Shown: positions 1-61,021, counted from the first letter of the stretch. The stretch is DNA of 64,000 nt from Octopus sinensis (GCF_006345805.1 NC_042998.1:128278001-128342000), one strand, 5' to 3'. The notes: generated from the letters alone by a model not told the origin. Translations and numbers: made by a program.

Positions 1-2741
1 GCTACTGTGAATCAGTCACCGTGCACAACAACAAAGCCAATGACCTGACAGTAATTGGGCTCTATAGGCCGCCCCAAACACCCATACTGTGCTTTAAAGA
101 ATGCCCCAACAGCATTAAGTGCTTTATTCAACAGTGCCATTCTAGCAACATACTCATGATGGGAGACTTCAATCTACCCTGTGTTGACTGGACTACAAAC
201 TGTTTGAAACCAAGCACTCTCGCCTCAACCGCTGACAAAGAAGCAGCAGAGTCACTTTTCGACTTTACGAATGAGTTTTTCTTGTCCCAACTTGTCCTTG
301 CACCAACAAGACATCAGAACATTTTGGACCTAGTGTTTAGTAACCACACTAACACTATACATAACGTTACAGTGGAAAAACCCTTCTTTCAGACCATGAC
401 ATGGTTCTCTGTAACATGAAATTCCACCAGCCGAAAGCTAATCCTAGTGACCTTCCTCCAGCCCACCCATTTGACAACATGGATCTCCATAAAGCCAACT
501 GGGATGCAATCAGGAACGAGCTATCAAATGTTGACTGGTCCTTTACACATACACACATCTCCACCAACCATAAAACATCTTGGCAGATCTTTGTAGACAC
601 CGTCACAGACATATGTGCAAAACACTCCCCACCAAGACCTGTGAACAAAAAGTGCAGAATCCCCCAAAACAGAAAAACCATTATCAGAAAAATAAAAAGA
701 ACAAACAAAAAAATAACAAACTAAAGTACTGCCAACAGCAACACACACATTCGACGGCTATCGCACTGCTTGAATCCAAACAATATACCTCCAACAATGC
801 ATGAAGACCCTCATCAATAACCAAAGATCAGCTGAGGAGAAGTGGGCCATTGAAAAAATCAAACTCAACCCCAAAGTGTTCTTTTCATTTGCGAGGAAAC
901 GCAGGGTCACTGTCTCCACTGTAGGCCCTCTAATTGACGAAACTGGCACTCTCCAAGATAATGCCAAATCCATGGCCGAGATACTGCAGAAACAATACTG
1001 CTCTGCTTTCAGCAATCCTGATATGGCCGATCTGGGCTGTATCAGTGATGTCAACCCCCAACACACTATATCGGACATAACGTTTAGTGCCCCTGATGTC
1101 TTAGCGGCGATAAACGAAATAAAACACAATTCAGCAGTAGGCCCCGATAGGTTCCCTGCTTGTGTCCTGAAGGTGTGTCGACACCAACTTGCATCTCCCC
1201 TTGCTAATCTGTGGAGAAACTCACAAAAAACCTTCTGTCCCAGTCTGTTGTCCCAGTTTTCAAAAAGGGAAACAAGTCCCTTGCAGTGAATTACCGTCCG
1301 ATCTCACTCACCTCTCATATCATCAAGGTATTTGAGAGGGTGGTGAGATCTCGAATAACCCAATTTCTGGAAAGCAACAGACGGCTGATCTCCAACCAAC
1401 ATGGGTTCCGTAATGGAAGGGACTGCCTAACGCAGCTCCTGCATCACTTTGAGGACATTTTGAGAGCTTTGGGAGAGGGCTCCAACACCGATGTCATCTA
1501 CCTTGATTTCAGTAAGGCCTTCGACAGGGTCGATCACAAGATCCTATTGAAAAAACTATCCAACATTGGTGTCTCTGGAAAGTTACTGAACTGGATCAAG
1601 TGTTTCCTGACAGACAGATCTCAACATGTTGTAGTTGAAGGGGTAAAATCAAGCCCAGCCAAAGTCAGTAGTGGCGTTCCGCAAGGCACTGTGCTGGGCC
1701 CACTTCTTTTCATCATTTACATTAATGACATTAATGACATCATCAAGCACAGCAACATAAAAATCTTTGCAGATGACTCCAAGCTACAGAAGGTCATAAA
1801 TGAGGCGAGTGACCGGACATGCCTTCAGTCAGATCTACTGGCTGTTATCCAATGGGCAGAAAAAAAACAATATGCTGCTGAACGAGGATAAATTTGAGCT
1901 AATCCACTTTGGAAAAGAGGATGCCCTGAAACTCCCATACTCCCTTCCTTCAGGTGAAACTCTCGCGGCGTCCAACAACATCAGAGACTTGGGAGTAATT
2001 GTGGACAACAACGTAAGCTGGGCCACTCATATAAACACCAAAGTTGACATGGCCCGCAGAATGTGTTCCTGGATTCTCAGAACTTTCCAGTCGAGAGATA
2101 TCCACACCATTATCCTTCTCTTCTCCACTTTTGCCCGACCCCACCTTGAATACTGTTGTCCACTGTGGTCTCCCCACACAATACAAGGTATCATAAAAGT
2201 TGAAGCACCTCAAAGGGCAATCACAAAAAAGATAGATGGCATGACAGGCCTCGACTATTGGGGTCGACTAGAAAAGCTAAAACTCTATTCTCTCCAACGT
2301 CGTCGTGAGCGCTACATCATCTGCATGATGTGGAAAATATTCCATCAGCATTGCCCAAAATGTTGGCATCACCTTTAAGGTACATCCAAGGCTTGGGCCC
2401 CGTGCCATCCGCCCAAACAAAAATCGCACTCTCATCTCATAACAACAATACGGCACAATTATTTCACCTCAATTGGCCCCGCTCTCTTTAACATTACACC
2501 AAAACACATTAAAACAGAAACTGACCAACTGACATGTTCAGAGAAGTCTTTGGACAGAATCCCAAGAAATCCCGGATAAATCCCCTACACCCGGATATGT
2601 CTCTGTAAACAATAACTCTCTACTTGAGTGGGCCATAGTGCCAAAATTCTGACTTGAAAGACTTCACCAGTGGTGGTGCTATTAAGTTAGACATGGCCTG
2701 GGCCAATAATGGCCGAAACCTATCAAAGTATCAAAGTTAAA

Positions 2742-2743
<2 letters not shown>
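1..2743 (+). mobile_element. CR1/L2-group non-LTR retrotransposon (APE endonuclease + RT), frameshifted, 5' end outside the window
   Basis: ORF fragments carry APE motifs (LMMGDFNLP.VDW, NILDLVFSN) and RT motifs (NYRPISLTSH, QHGFR, YLDFSKAFDRVDH, SGVPQGTVLGPLLF, FADDSKL), split over at least 5 frames. Short tandem 3' tail tatcaaagtatcaaagttaaagta at 2721-2743. Confidence 0.92.
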
Positions 2744-2794
<51 letters not shown>

Positions 2795-2894
2795 TATATA
2801 TACATGAATGCCCGCACATTATACAATTCAATCCACAATTCTCACTTAATAGAAAACCGCCTTAATTTGTTTTAATGTACTTTATATTTACTAA

Positions 2895-3599
2895 GATGGT
2901 AGTTGTTGTTGTTGTTGGGAGAGGGTTGGCTGCGGAGCGGCGGTGTCGGTGGTGGTGATGGTGGTGGTGACGGTGTCTCCTTTGACTAACTTTTAAGTTT
3001 TAACTTCAGTTTAATGTCATTTTCCCGTATGTTTACTTTTGTTCCCGTTGTTGTTGCTATTGTTGTTGTTGCTGCGGTTATTGTCAAAACTGTTGTAATT
3101 CCTGTTACTTCAATGGATTTGTCACTCATTCGACTTCTCAACATTGTCGTCCCCATCATCATCATCATTATTATTATCATCATCATCATCATTATCATCA
3201 TCATCATCATCACCACCATCACCACCACCACCTCCATCATCATCATCGTCATCATTATCGTAGGTATCATCACCATCTTCATCATCATCGTCATTGTCGT
3301 CGTAGTTGTCGTCATCCTCATCATTTCATCATCAACATTACCACCACCATCATCATTATCATCATCATAACCGCTATCATCACTTACATCATTGTCGTTA
3401 TCATGGTACTTGTAATCGTAGTAGTCCTCATCCTCCTCCTCATCCTCTTCCTAATCATCATCATCATCGTCATCATCATCACCGCCACCACCACCACAAT
3501 ATTCATGAAGAACAACAACAGCATATTACTATTATCTGACAGTTGTTGTGGTAGTGAATCAACAAAGTACTCTGCAGCGGCAGCAGCAGCAGCAGTAGC

Positions 3600-3663
<64 letters not shown>
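2895..3663. repeat. Mosaic trinucleotide microsatellite block (GTT/GGT/ATC/CAC/GCA/GTA)
   Basis: Consecutive runs of (GTT)n, (GGT)n, (ATC)n, (CAC)n and (GTA)n. Confidence 0.9.
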
Positions 3664-4556
3664 ATGTATTCATGTCAGTACATATTTGATTTAGAACATT
3701 ACGTTTGTATTTTGTTGTTTTAACATCTTTAACCTTCTATCAAGATTTGTTTTGCTACAAATTCATAATGGACAAAAATCTGTTCACACACATACACACA
3801 CAAACACACGCACAGAGTTATATATTTATATATACATTGATAAACATATACGTACATGCATATGTGTCCATATAAATGTTATATATATTTATATGTGTGT
3901 GTGTGTGTGCGTTTCATATATATATATATGTGTGTGTGTGTATGTATATATATATGTATATATATATATATACACACTTACAAATATATACATGCATGCG
4001 TATATACATGTGTGTATGTATGTATGTATGTATGTATGTATGTATGTATGTATGTATGTATGTATGTATGTATGTTTGTATGTATGTATGTATTTGCACA
4101 TGTTCAAAATAAATAGGTTGAATCAGTTTACAAGCTGATATTAAAATAGAGGAGTTCCTTTCCGCAGTCTTCAGTCTTTTAAAACAACAGACGACACTTT
4201 ATACTTCACAATACCAATATGCTTGCGGTTATAATGACTCTTATAGATACAGACTAGAGGTGTTTTGTAACAACTGCTAGGTTTGTGAACTTTCTTAATT
4301 TTAGTGGGGTTTTTTTTCTTTTTCTATTGTCTGATAATATTTGACAGTATTCACTTTTACTTCAGTTCAAAAATTGTTTGAAATTTTATTCGTATTAAAT
4401 TTACAAATTATAAAGTCTATATTCCTCGACACAAGTGTTTCACATAAACACACACACACATACACATATACATATACATATATATATATATATATAATAT
4501 ATTATATATATATATATATATATTATATTATATATATATATATATATTATATAACA

Positions 4557-4766
4557 TATGGAGTGCTGAAAAGTTAGTAGCTTTAAGGGTATCCCAAAAG
4601 ACAAGGTTGGAGGCTTGAACTACTTCTTAGTTTTTTTACATGGCTTACAAAAACTGAAAGACTTGCAATGAGCGTGTGAATCTGAGAGGCGAAAATGTTG
4701 AATGAAATCAATTAATTGATTGTTCTGTCTTACCCCAAGCCAGTAACTTTTCAGTACCCTCTCGTA
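4557..4766 (+). mobile_element. Tc1/mariner-type MITE (~210 bp)
   Basis: Imperfect TIRs ta-tggagtgctgaaaagttagtagctt / aagccagtaacttttcagtaccctctcg-ta, inserted in a TA-rich tract. Same family as 49868-50061. Confidence 0.75.
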
Positions 4767-4804
4767 TATACATGTATATATATATATATTTATACATATA
4801 TATA

Positions 4805-4870
<66 letters not shown>

Positions 4871-4959
4871 GTATATGTATGTATGTATATATGTGTGTAT
4901 ATATATGTATATGTATATGTATGTATGTGTATATATATGTATGTATATATGTATGTATG

Positions 4960-5028
<69 letters not shown>

Positions 5029-5226
5029 ACACGCCTGTGAGAATGAGCGGACATGCGTATATAATTATTAGCAGCATAATCGTTTGTGAGATTACTACTG
5101 TTAGTTTCACCATAACTTTGTCTTCCATGTAATGTGTTATTTAAAAGTTTTTGTGGACTACGTTACCCTGCCTTTATTATTCATGTATGTGAATGTATAT
5201 ATGTGCTTCAGTATACCTGTATGCGC

Positions 5227-5258
<32 letters not shown>

Positions 5259-5399
5259 GCGCGCATGTAGGTTCGTATGTATTTAAGATTAAACGGTAAA
5301 CAACTGAAACTTGAATTTTAAGTGTTATTAGCATAAATGAAAATACGGTCACAACTGGTTCTGTGAATTGCAACCACTGAATATAAAATCAGTTATGGT

Positions 5400-7240
5400 G
5401 CTTAGAGACAATGAGAGAGCACACAGCCAATTCAATAGAATGTGGCGGTCCAAATCCTAGATGCATGACAAAGAAAACACAACAGTTAACACTAAAATAC
5501 TTAATTTAACTTGGCTATAAATATTTGTGACAGAATAGCATAGTTCTCTGCAAACATCAGTCTGTTGTGTTCTTTTTCGGAGAATCTAAGTATTTATAGG
5601 TTTTCGTGTAGATCTTTCGTTGCGTAACCCAGTGAACTTATGATAATAGGTACAAATATAAATCTATAGCCTGAATTTAAGAGCTGTATGATTCTCATTA
5701 CCTTTCGTTTGATGCTCTCTCCTTTCTCATAATTTTTGGGCAGACGTTTACATCTACCGGGCAGCTGATATCTACAACACTGCACGACTTTTGCTCACTT
5801 TCACGTACAATTATATCTGGCTAGTTGTGTTAATACCAGATGTAAACGTCTGCTCAAAAATTATGACAAAGGAGAACATCAAACGAAAAGTAATGAGAAA
5901 CCTACAGCTCTTAAATTCAGGCAATAGATATATATTTGTACTTATTATCATGGTCTCACTGGGCTATGCAGCGAAAGATATACAGGAAAACCTATAAATA
6001 CTTCCGAAAAAGAACAGAGCAAACTGATTTTTGCAGTGAACTGTGCTATTCTGTCACAACTATTGCTTCTTTTATTGGAATGTTCCACTAGTATATTTCT
6101 TATTCTTAAAGGTGTGGATATTTCCTGGTACTGCTCTGCCTTTGGTATGGCCGTCAGAACAATCTTTCAAGCGCATAGCATTGTAGATCGTCTTAGCGAC
6201 GATACCATGTCTTATGAGAAGATAGTATTTACTACTATCATGAATATTTCTCTTCTTAGTCTCTCTTTAGGTTGGATAGTCCAGTCTCTCTTTGTTCGCG
6301 TGGTGCAGCTGTAAACTCAGAGTAGTTAAGGAGTTTTTTTTCCTAATGTCATGTTATTATTTACTTCTCTGTTGAGTTTACACGTGTTGTACTCATTCTC
6401 TCTTTACTGTTCAGTTGCCTAAGTGAAACGATGCAGCACTCAAAAGCCGTCTGAACTGATCGTATGCTTCTACCTCCAGAGGTTACTAGTCACTGTTAGT
6501 ATCTTCTCAAACCTGGTGTCCAAGTTATGAATTTCTTCGACTAACCAGTCTAATATCCTATGTTTTGAGACTAGCACTGACACTGCGAAAGCACTGCGGA
6601 ATATAGTTTTATTGAATGCAAACAACTCTGACTTCCATATCTTCCGAAGTCTGCCGAATTATTCTTTTGTCACTGTAGCTTTACTCATAGCACAGCATTT
6701 GCAATATTCTCATCAATTCCAAGGTATTTGTAACATTCATCACTAATGTTAGGAGAAATAAGCAAGCCATTGGTATCCATATTTGTTGCCTAGTCGACAA
6801 TCTTCTTTCGTTTGACTCTCAAATGTGAACACTTGTCCTTACTAAACTGCATTCGTGTATCCGATGAGAATGCTGTGACCAGTTCTATCTTTTTCTCGGT
6901 GTCATGAATATTACTCGAGTACGGTTTAAGGTCATCCGCAAAAAATGTGTGGGTGAAATTAATCTTTCTTTCATATGCAGTTTCTATCAGAACTTACAAG
7001 GGCTTTGCTACTAGGACGATAAACATAATAAATAATCTGGTGCCTTCAAATATTCCTGTTAATAATGTAATTTTGTTTCTGACCAAAGTGGTAGCCTCAG
7101 TTCTTATTGATATCTCTGTGGGTCATATTATTGACAGCCACTCAATGGCATTGACTATAGTATTTAGAATCACAGCAAGGCGCAATGTCACTATAATCCA
7201 CGAATGAGGAACAGAATCAAACCCCTTCTTGTCCTCCAAG
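5400..7240 (-). mobile_element. Degraded RLE-type (R4/Dong-like) non-LTR retrotransposon with an inverted internal segment
   Basis: Minus strand reads DSVPHSWI, FFADDLK.Y and QEIST-like residues, and the C-terminus FVPIIISSLGY.TK.L.ENL at 5594-5785. A second copy of that C-terminus lies on the + strand at 5839-6059. Confidence 0.65.
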
Positions 7241-7357
7241 CATACAGTCAGCAGATTTCAGCTGTGTTGTTTCGTTTCCTTAAAAACAATTTTGTCGTGT
7301 AGGAGCTGTTCGACGCAGCCCCAGATTTCCATGTCATTGCTACCTATCTCTCTCCCC

Positions 7358-7438
<81 letters not shown>

Positions 7439-7926
7439 TCAAATCCAAAAACTGTTCTTGTGTAACATGTCCACAAACGAATACACGAATACACAAACAC
7501 GCAAATACGTTATGTTTATGTGTGTGTGTATATATATAAATATATGATATATATAATATATATATATATATATGCATGTGTGCATGTGTGTATGCGCTTG
7601 TGAATGTGAGTGTGTGTGCGCGCGCGCATAAACACTTAAACCTCTTCGTATCATGTCAACCTGTTCGTTATTTTTTTTTCACCAGGTCATATCTCTGTTG
7701 CAAACTGGACGGCATTTTACTAACATCTTGGATGTTACAAATCATAATTTCTCCTGTATTTACCACACACTCAATCTATTTACCTAAGAAGTTCATGTAG
7801 GCATACACGTGGGTTTACTTACTGCTCTGGAAGTAACATGGCTACCAAGTAAGTCGGGATTTATTCTTAAACACGAACGCATGAGCATATACTTTCTCTC
7901 CCCCCCTCTCTTTCTCACTCACTCTC

Positions 7927-7969
<43 letters not shown>

Positions 7970-8674
7970 GTCTTTCTCACACACACACGAACATACTGGT
8001 TAAACGAGAAGTATGATACTTTTAACAGTGAATGTTTTCCATATTCTCTAACAAGAAAATAATTCTACTGGCCATTGGAGAAAGCTTATTTGGCAAAACT
8101 AGAAATAAGCAGTTTTATTCCATGAAAAATGGAACACTTTCAGACGTCAAACCTCACTCTCTTAACACCAATGAGAGCTCCCTTATTTTACAATTTTTTC
8201 CTAACTGTTTTGGTTTTGTTTTGTGAATACATTTGCTTTTATTTATTTATTTATTTATTATTCTTGAAAATGAAGACCGTCATTAATTTCTTTACTATTC
8301 CAGTAAATTTTTTTCTGTGATTTTATTTCCCTTTGGGCTTTAATGCCAGTCATATAACACGAAGAAATCTAATAAGCGAAATGCTTCTATGTTTAACAAG
8401 AGAAATATTATAAATCATTACAGCAATAATTATAATGAATATATTATAACCTAACCTCAGTTATTAATTTCTCATTTAAATATTATTAATTTGTTAGAAG
8501 AAATGAAGATATGAGAATTGTGCAGTATTAATGCATTTTGTCTATGTTATGCCACCCACGGCCTTTCTCCCGTTCTTTCTATGCGTGTGTGCGTGTGAGT
8601 TTGTGTGTGTATAAGTATGTATCTGTATGTATATATATATATACATACACATATATATATATATATACATACAT

Positions 8675-8750
<76 letters not shown>

Positions 8751-8867
8751 TATATATATATAAATATACAAAAATAAATGGGCCACTTGGTGTTGAATGG
8801 ATATACTATTAAATTAGTATCTAATTCTCTCACCCTTATTAATTAATTATATATATATATATATATA

Positions 8868-9240
8868 AGCGCAGGAGTGGCTTGCTTAACAACCACATGT
8901 CTCCGGGTTCAGTCCCACTGCGTGGCACCTTGGGCAAGTGTCTTCTACTATAGCCTTGGGCCGACCCAAACCTTATGAGCAGATTTGGTAGACGGAAACT
9001 GAAAGAAGCCCGTCGTATGTGTGTGTGTGTGCGCGCGCGCGTCTGTGTTTGCCCCACCACCATCGCTTAACAACCGACGCTGGTGTGTTTACGTCCCCGT
9101 AACTTAGCGGTTCAGCAAAATAGACCGATAGAATAAGTACTAGGCTTACAAAGAATAAGTCGTGAGGTCGATTTGTTCGACTAAAGGCGGTGCTCCAGTA
9201 TGGCCGCAGTCAAATGACTGAAATAAATAGAAGAATAAAA
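8868..9240 (+). mobile_element. tRNA-derived SINE, family A (internal (TG)n)
   Basis: Head gcgcaggagtggc...ccgggttcagtccc, body caccttgggcaagtgtcttctactatagcc...gacggaaactgaaagaagcccgtcg, internal (TG)n, tail ggccgcagtcaaatgactgaaa. Homologous to 27852-28305 and 56646-57060. Confidence 0.85.
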
Positions 9241-9356
9241 AAATATAGAGAGAGAGAGAGAGATATATATATATATACACACACATATATGTGTAATATA
9301 CATATATATATATGCATGCGTATAAATATTTATATATATATATATATATGCATGCG

Positions 9357-9446
<90 letters not shown>

Positions 9447-9447
<1 letters not shown>

Positions 9448-9650
9448 CGGGAAGCTTTATGAAAATAACAAAAGACGAAGGCAGGTGGAAAACAAACGAA
9501 CAATTGTATTAGTATGGCGCTCAGGAATATAAATAAAACAAGTCTTAAACGTTTCGAGCCTACGCTCTTCAACAGAAAGATACACAGAGAGAGAAAAACA
9601 CAGAAAGAAGGAGAGAAAAAAAATGCGTGCAGTAGCTAACGAATCAACAT
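9447..9650 (-). mobile_element. Penelope-like pLTR remnant with hammerhead-like motif
   Basis: Minus strand 9580-9541 reads tcttt-ctgttgaa-gagc gtag gctc-gaaa-cgt-t-taaga; flanked by TA/TG microsatellites. Confidence 0.5.
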
Positions 9651-10496
9651 GGCATACATATATATATATATATACATATATATATACCCATATATATATG
9701 TGTATGTGTGTGTGAATGTGTACATATATGTGTGTGTACGTAGATTATATGTATATAATGTATGTATGTATGTGTGTGTATGTATGTATGTATGTATGTA
9801 TGTATGTATGTATGTATGTATGTGAATGCTATATAAAGTCGTTTATATAGTATTCAAAGCGTCCCCCCAGCATGACCACGGTCCAATGACTGAAATAGGG
9901 AAAAAAGTAAAAGGCATATAACAAAATCTGTAAGCAACTTTACAGGTCAATCTTTAGACCAATATATCTATTAAAAAAATACCAAGTTGGTGTTTTAATG
10001 AAGATGTTGCCTTCAAGATTGACTATGAGTAACATTTTCGCCCAAAATTCACAGTTCAATCTTTGCAGTTCTCATTGACTGCGATCATATTTACTCTGAC
10101 TTTCTGTTTCTACCGTTAAATCTAGTTTCACTTCCATATCGCTTATGCGCAACTTACATTGTGAGGCAATACAATTAATGCCATGGGGAGATTATGAATA
10201 GCAATTATGATAGCAAGAAGAGCATTTCAAAGCACTTTCATATTTTATTCTTTTCTTATAAATGTTAAAAAGTTACTAAAGGATTTGTATTCCATTTTAT
10301 TGTTTCTCTTTCATATTTCTCTATTTCATTTTTTCGATATTTCTTTAAAGGTTAGGAAAAGATATACTGGACAATATAGTCCTGTATAGAGAGATGATAT
10401 ATATATTGTATAAGAAAAGCTTACAGTATGGCATGAATGGTTAAGGCTTTTAATGTAAATCATGTGTGCGTGTGTATATGTGTGTGTGAGTGTGTG

Positions 10497-10528
<32 letters not shown>

Positions 10529-10556
10529 TGTATGTATGTATGTATATATAAATCAT

Positions 10557-10884
10557 GGCACTACGTCAGTTGCGACGACGAGGGTTCCAGTTGATCACTC
10601 CACAGACACGTGTACCCTTAATGTAATTCTCAGAGAAATTCAGCGTGGCATAGAGTGTGACAAGGCTGGACCTTTGAAATACAGGTATAACAGAAGTAGT
10701 AAGAAAAAGTGAGAGAAAGTTATGGTGAAAGAGTACAGCAGGGTTCGCCACCACCCCCTACCGGAGCCTCGTGGAGCTTAGGGTGTTTTCGCTCAATAAA
10801 CACTCACAATGCCCGGTCTGGGAATCGAAACTGCGATCCTACGACCGCGAGTCCGCTGCCCTAACCACTGGGCCATTGCGCCTC

Positions 10885-10887
<3 letters not shown>
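10557..10887 (-). mobile_element. tRNA-derived SINE, family C (internally deleted)
   Basis: Minus-strand head gtggaggcgcaatggcccagtggttagggcagcggactcgcggtcgtaggatcgcagtttcgattccc (A/B boxes). Homologous to 18695-19074 and 26970-27354. Confidence 0.88.
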
Positions 10888-10966
<79 letters not shown>

Positions 10967-13515
10967 TGTATATATATATGTATATATATATATATATATA
11001 TATGTGTGTATGTATGTGTGTGTATGTGTGTGTGTGAGGCATTTATGAGCACGAACTATGACAAAAGATTCTAATCCTATAGATTCAAATTAAATGTTGA
11101 ATGCTACAAATAAATTCAACCAAATTAGAATATCAAATTAGCATTTACAAACGTTTCACTATTATAAATTAACAGCACTACCTTAAATCTTAGTACAAGA
11201 TGCTCACAGAGAACTTTGTAGCAACTTATCCACCACAGAGAAAGCAACCCACAGCTATATCACACAGTTCGGTTCAGTATAATACAATTAAAGGCATGGT
11301 GATGTTATGGATAGCAATTAACTATAATGGGAATTATTAAGATTTTAACCACAAGACAAATATGCATATGGGCAATCAATCTTCTAGTTGTTGAAGGTCT
11401 ACGAAATTACCTTGAGGTGAAGTAGTGCCGTTAGTTTGTATTAGTAAAAGCGTCGATAAGTGCTAACCTGACAAAATAACTTGGCAAAACTTTATGTTGT
11501 TCGACTCCCGCGGTAGAATTTGTTCTTTTCTTTCCTGTTATAGGTCGTTCCTGTAAATATCTTAAATATTCATATCCGTTGGCTTAGCTGCCCTGCTGCA
11601 GTTAAATCTGGCTGGGTTACTGGTGAAGCAGCTAGATTTTTCCTACTTTCCTTTTATGTTGTAAACTAAGAGTTAGCCTCTAATAGTGTGGATTTAATTT
11701 TACTGTTAACTTTTTGGGGACGTGATGTTATTTCGAGTAATTAACTCGTTAGTTTGCTAATATAGTTGCTTTATCAGTTTTCACTTCTACTAATAACAAC
11801 AACACTAACACCACTTAGCCAACGACAGCCATCCTTTTAGAAATAAGCCAACACTACTTCAGGTTACACCTCACCGTTTTAATGAAGGAATGACACATTG
11901 AAGAAATGAGAACTAACTCTTTCTGAAATTACACCCTAATGTATATTGTATTTCTGGGACATCATCCAAAGTGTAATTTAAAAGAGGGAACATACATTGT
12001 ATAAAGTAGCCCACGATATATAATATGGGAAAAGCAATGTGATGGCCATAAGTGGAATGTCTTTCATCATTAGTTTAATTAGTTGGGGCTGGCTTAGTGA
12101 CTAAACAGCAACCACAATAAAATAAGACCGATAATTTCTTACTTAAACGTAAAGTGAAAACAGAGTAATATAGATTGGGTGGCGGGGGTCATAGTTAGAC
12201 GATTGAGTTGATTCCATTAGATGGCTGTACATATGTTTATTGACCCTACCCACGAGGAATCAATAGGCCAGATCAAATTTAGCTTTGAAAAGATAACGTA
12301 GAAGCGAGAAGTATTCGTACTGAAAAACAGTCCAGTGCGCTACCGTTTCTGGCACCTCGTCGTGGTTAGATCACCACAACCACCACCATCTCCACCACCC
12401 ACTGATGATGATTATTAACTTAATGAACCAATAGTGTAGAAGTTGTTGCTGACATTGTGAACCTCAGGTCAGCACTGAACTGAGTGTCTGACCAAAAAAT
12501 GCCTCTGCCACAACCGTCTTACATGACTTCATGAAAGAAAGTGGCCATCCCGTTACTTACACGACAATTTGAAGTACAACTGGCAGCTATTACTTACAAG
12601 CTGAGCGATTACAAAGAGGCTCCCAGTTTGGCTCGAACAATGTAAAAGGTTTACAATAGTGAAAGTAATTATCTCAAATTGGATTTATGCTAGAAGCTGA
12701 ATATTCTTCCATTAATGTTTTTAATGTCCTTGGTATGGATCTGTACAACCCTTTATGCCTTTCCTCCTGTGAGAAAGATTTTTTATCTACTTAAATGACT
12801 CCAGTATATTGTTTACCTATGTTTAAAATGAACGGCTTATTTCTCAATATCTCTATTTAAATTATAAACAATTTCATAGAAAGACGCCATTTTTCAACCA
12901 GCGTTGGCATAAGTCTGATAATAAATAAATAACATTAATTAAGATGGTATTCAGTAAATAAGCTAATTAATTCAACATATCAACTTAGCTGCATCGAATC
13001 TGATGAGATGTCGAGCTGCTTGGAGCGCTATGATAACGATCGTACAGATCTCTTACTTTTTGTTTGCCTCGTATTTTTCATTTGGCTAATAACCTCGGCA
13101 ATCACATTACAACAATATTATGTGCTGTCATATAAAGAATTAATTTATATGCTGCGTTGTTCTTAACATAATTAACTACTAAACACCTAATATTTGAAGA
13201 GTTTGTGGTCAGTGTAATTACAATTTTATTTAACAAAATTACTGACCTCCGCCAGCCTAATTAGTGACCTTATTTAGTCTAGCTCGTCGTCTTACTTCTC
13301 CTAATTATATACTTTAATAGCCTAATTAGTTCTTTTATCTAGACTAATTGGAATCTTTGGAGACTTTATCCTAACTAGCGACCTTTTTTAACCTAACTGG
13401 TTACGTTATTTAGTCTAATTCTGACCTTTAGCCTTTTTTAGCCTATTCTGACCTTTAACTTTATGTAGCTTAATTCTAATATATTATTCAGTTGGTCTTC
13501 TTACGACAATTTCAG

Positions 13516-60218
<46,703 letters not shown>

Positions 60219-60474
60219 GTAAGAGTATTCAGCAGTTGTCTTCCTTTTGTATATTTGTTTTGTTATATACGATTTAATTAATTTTTTTTTTTTGGTCACC
60301 TGCAGTTGGCACATAGCAAGAAATTCTGAATAGCTTTGGAATTGGTTATCAGCTTTTAAAATGGTTCTAGATTAGCTCTTACTGTGCGGCGCGTAGGTAA
60401 GCGTTGAGTTAACCAATATCTTGTGGGTATTGGTTAACGACAGTTCAGTATACGGAAATTGTGCAGAAGTTCAT

Positions 60475-60517
<43 letters not shown>

Positions 60518-60847
60518 ATTAATACAGGTAATATAAATATAAAGAGAAAAGAGAATACTTTATTGAAAAAAAACATTATATTTATCGGAATAACTTCTTA
60601 ACTCGTTACTACGGGTTTCATGTTTCCGATCTTCGGGTGATAGGAATAAATAAAACAAGAAGAAAAGAAAAACTATATGTAAAATCAGTATAACAAAATC
60701 ATGCAGAGAATATTCTTAAAAAGTGTTGAATGTTTTGATTGAATATTGTAAAACTGCTACATCTTGTTCACTGAAGTACTCAATATGAAAAAAAATTCCA
60801 TAAAGAAAAGGTAGTTATGAAAAGAATGAATGGAAATAAGTATAATT

Positions 60848-60894
<47 letters not shown>

Positions 60895-60895
<1 letters not shown>

Positions 60896-61000
60896 CCAGA
60901 TGGTGCTTGAAAAATAAGGGATGTTACCCCAGTTCACTGGTAGTGAACAGCTGACACCGTAGTACATCTCCAGCATTAGAAGCTGTGCAAAGCCAATAAA
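60895..61000 (+). mobile_element. Very short 3' end of an RLE retrotransposon in (AAT)n
   Basis: Shares cagctgacac with the 3' UTR of the 22517 element; (AAT)n on both sides. Confidence 0.4.
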
Positions 61001-61021
61001 ATAATAATAATAATAATAATA

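Noticed and set aside
2986-5132. Long low-complexity ORFs (poly-I/V/T, HT/YI/CV repeats) here and at many other microsatellites in the ORF track
   Set aside because: They are stop-free translations of di- and trinucleotide repeats, with no domain content or splice support.
60600-60650. Possible fourth hammerhead (ccgaaga...gaaacccgta, minus strand)
   Set aside because: U4 is changed, and stems I and II do not pair convincingly.
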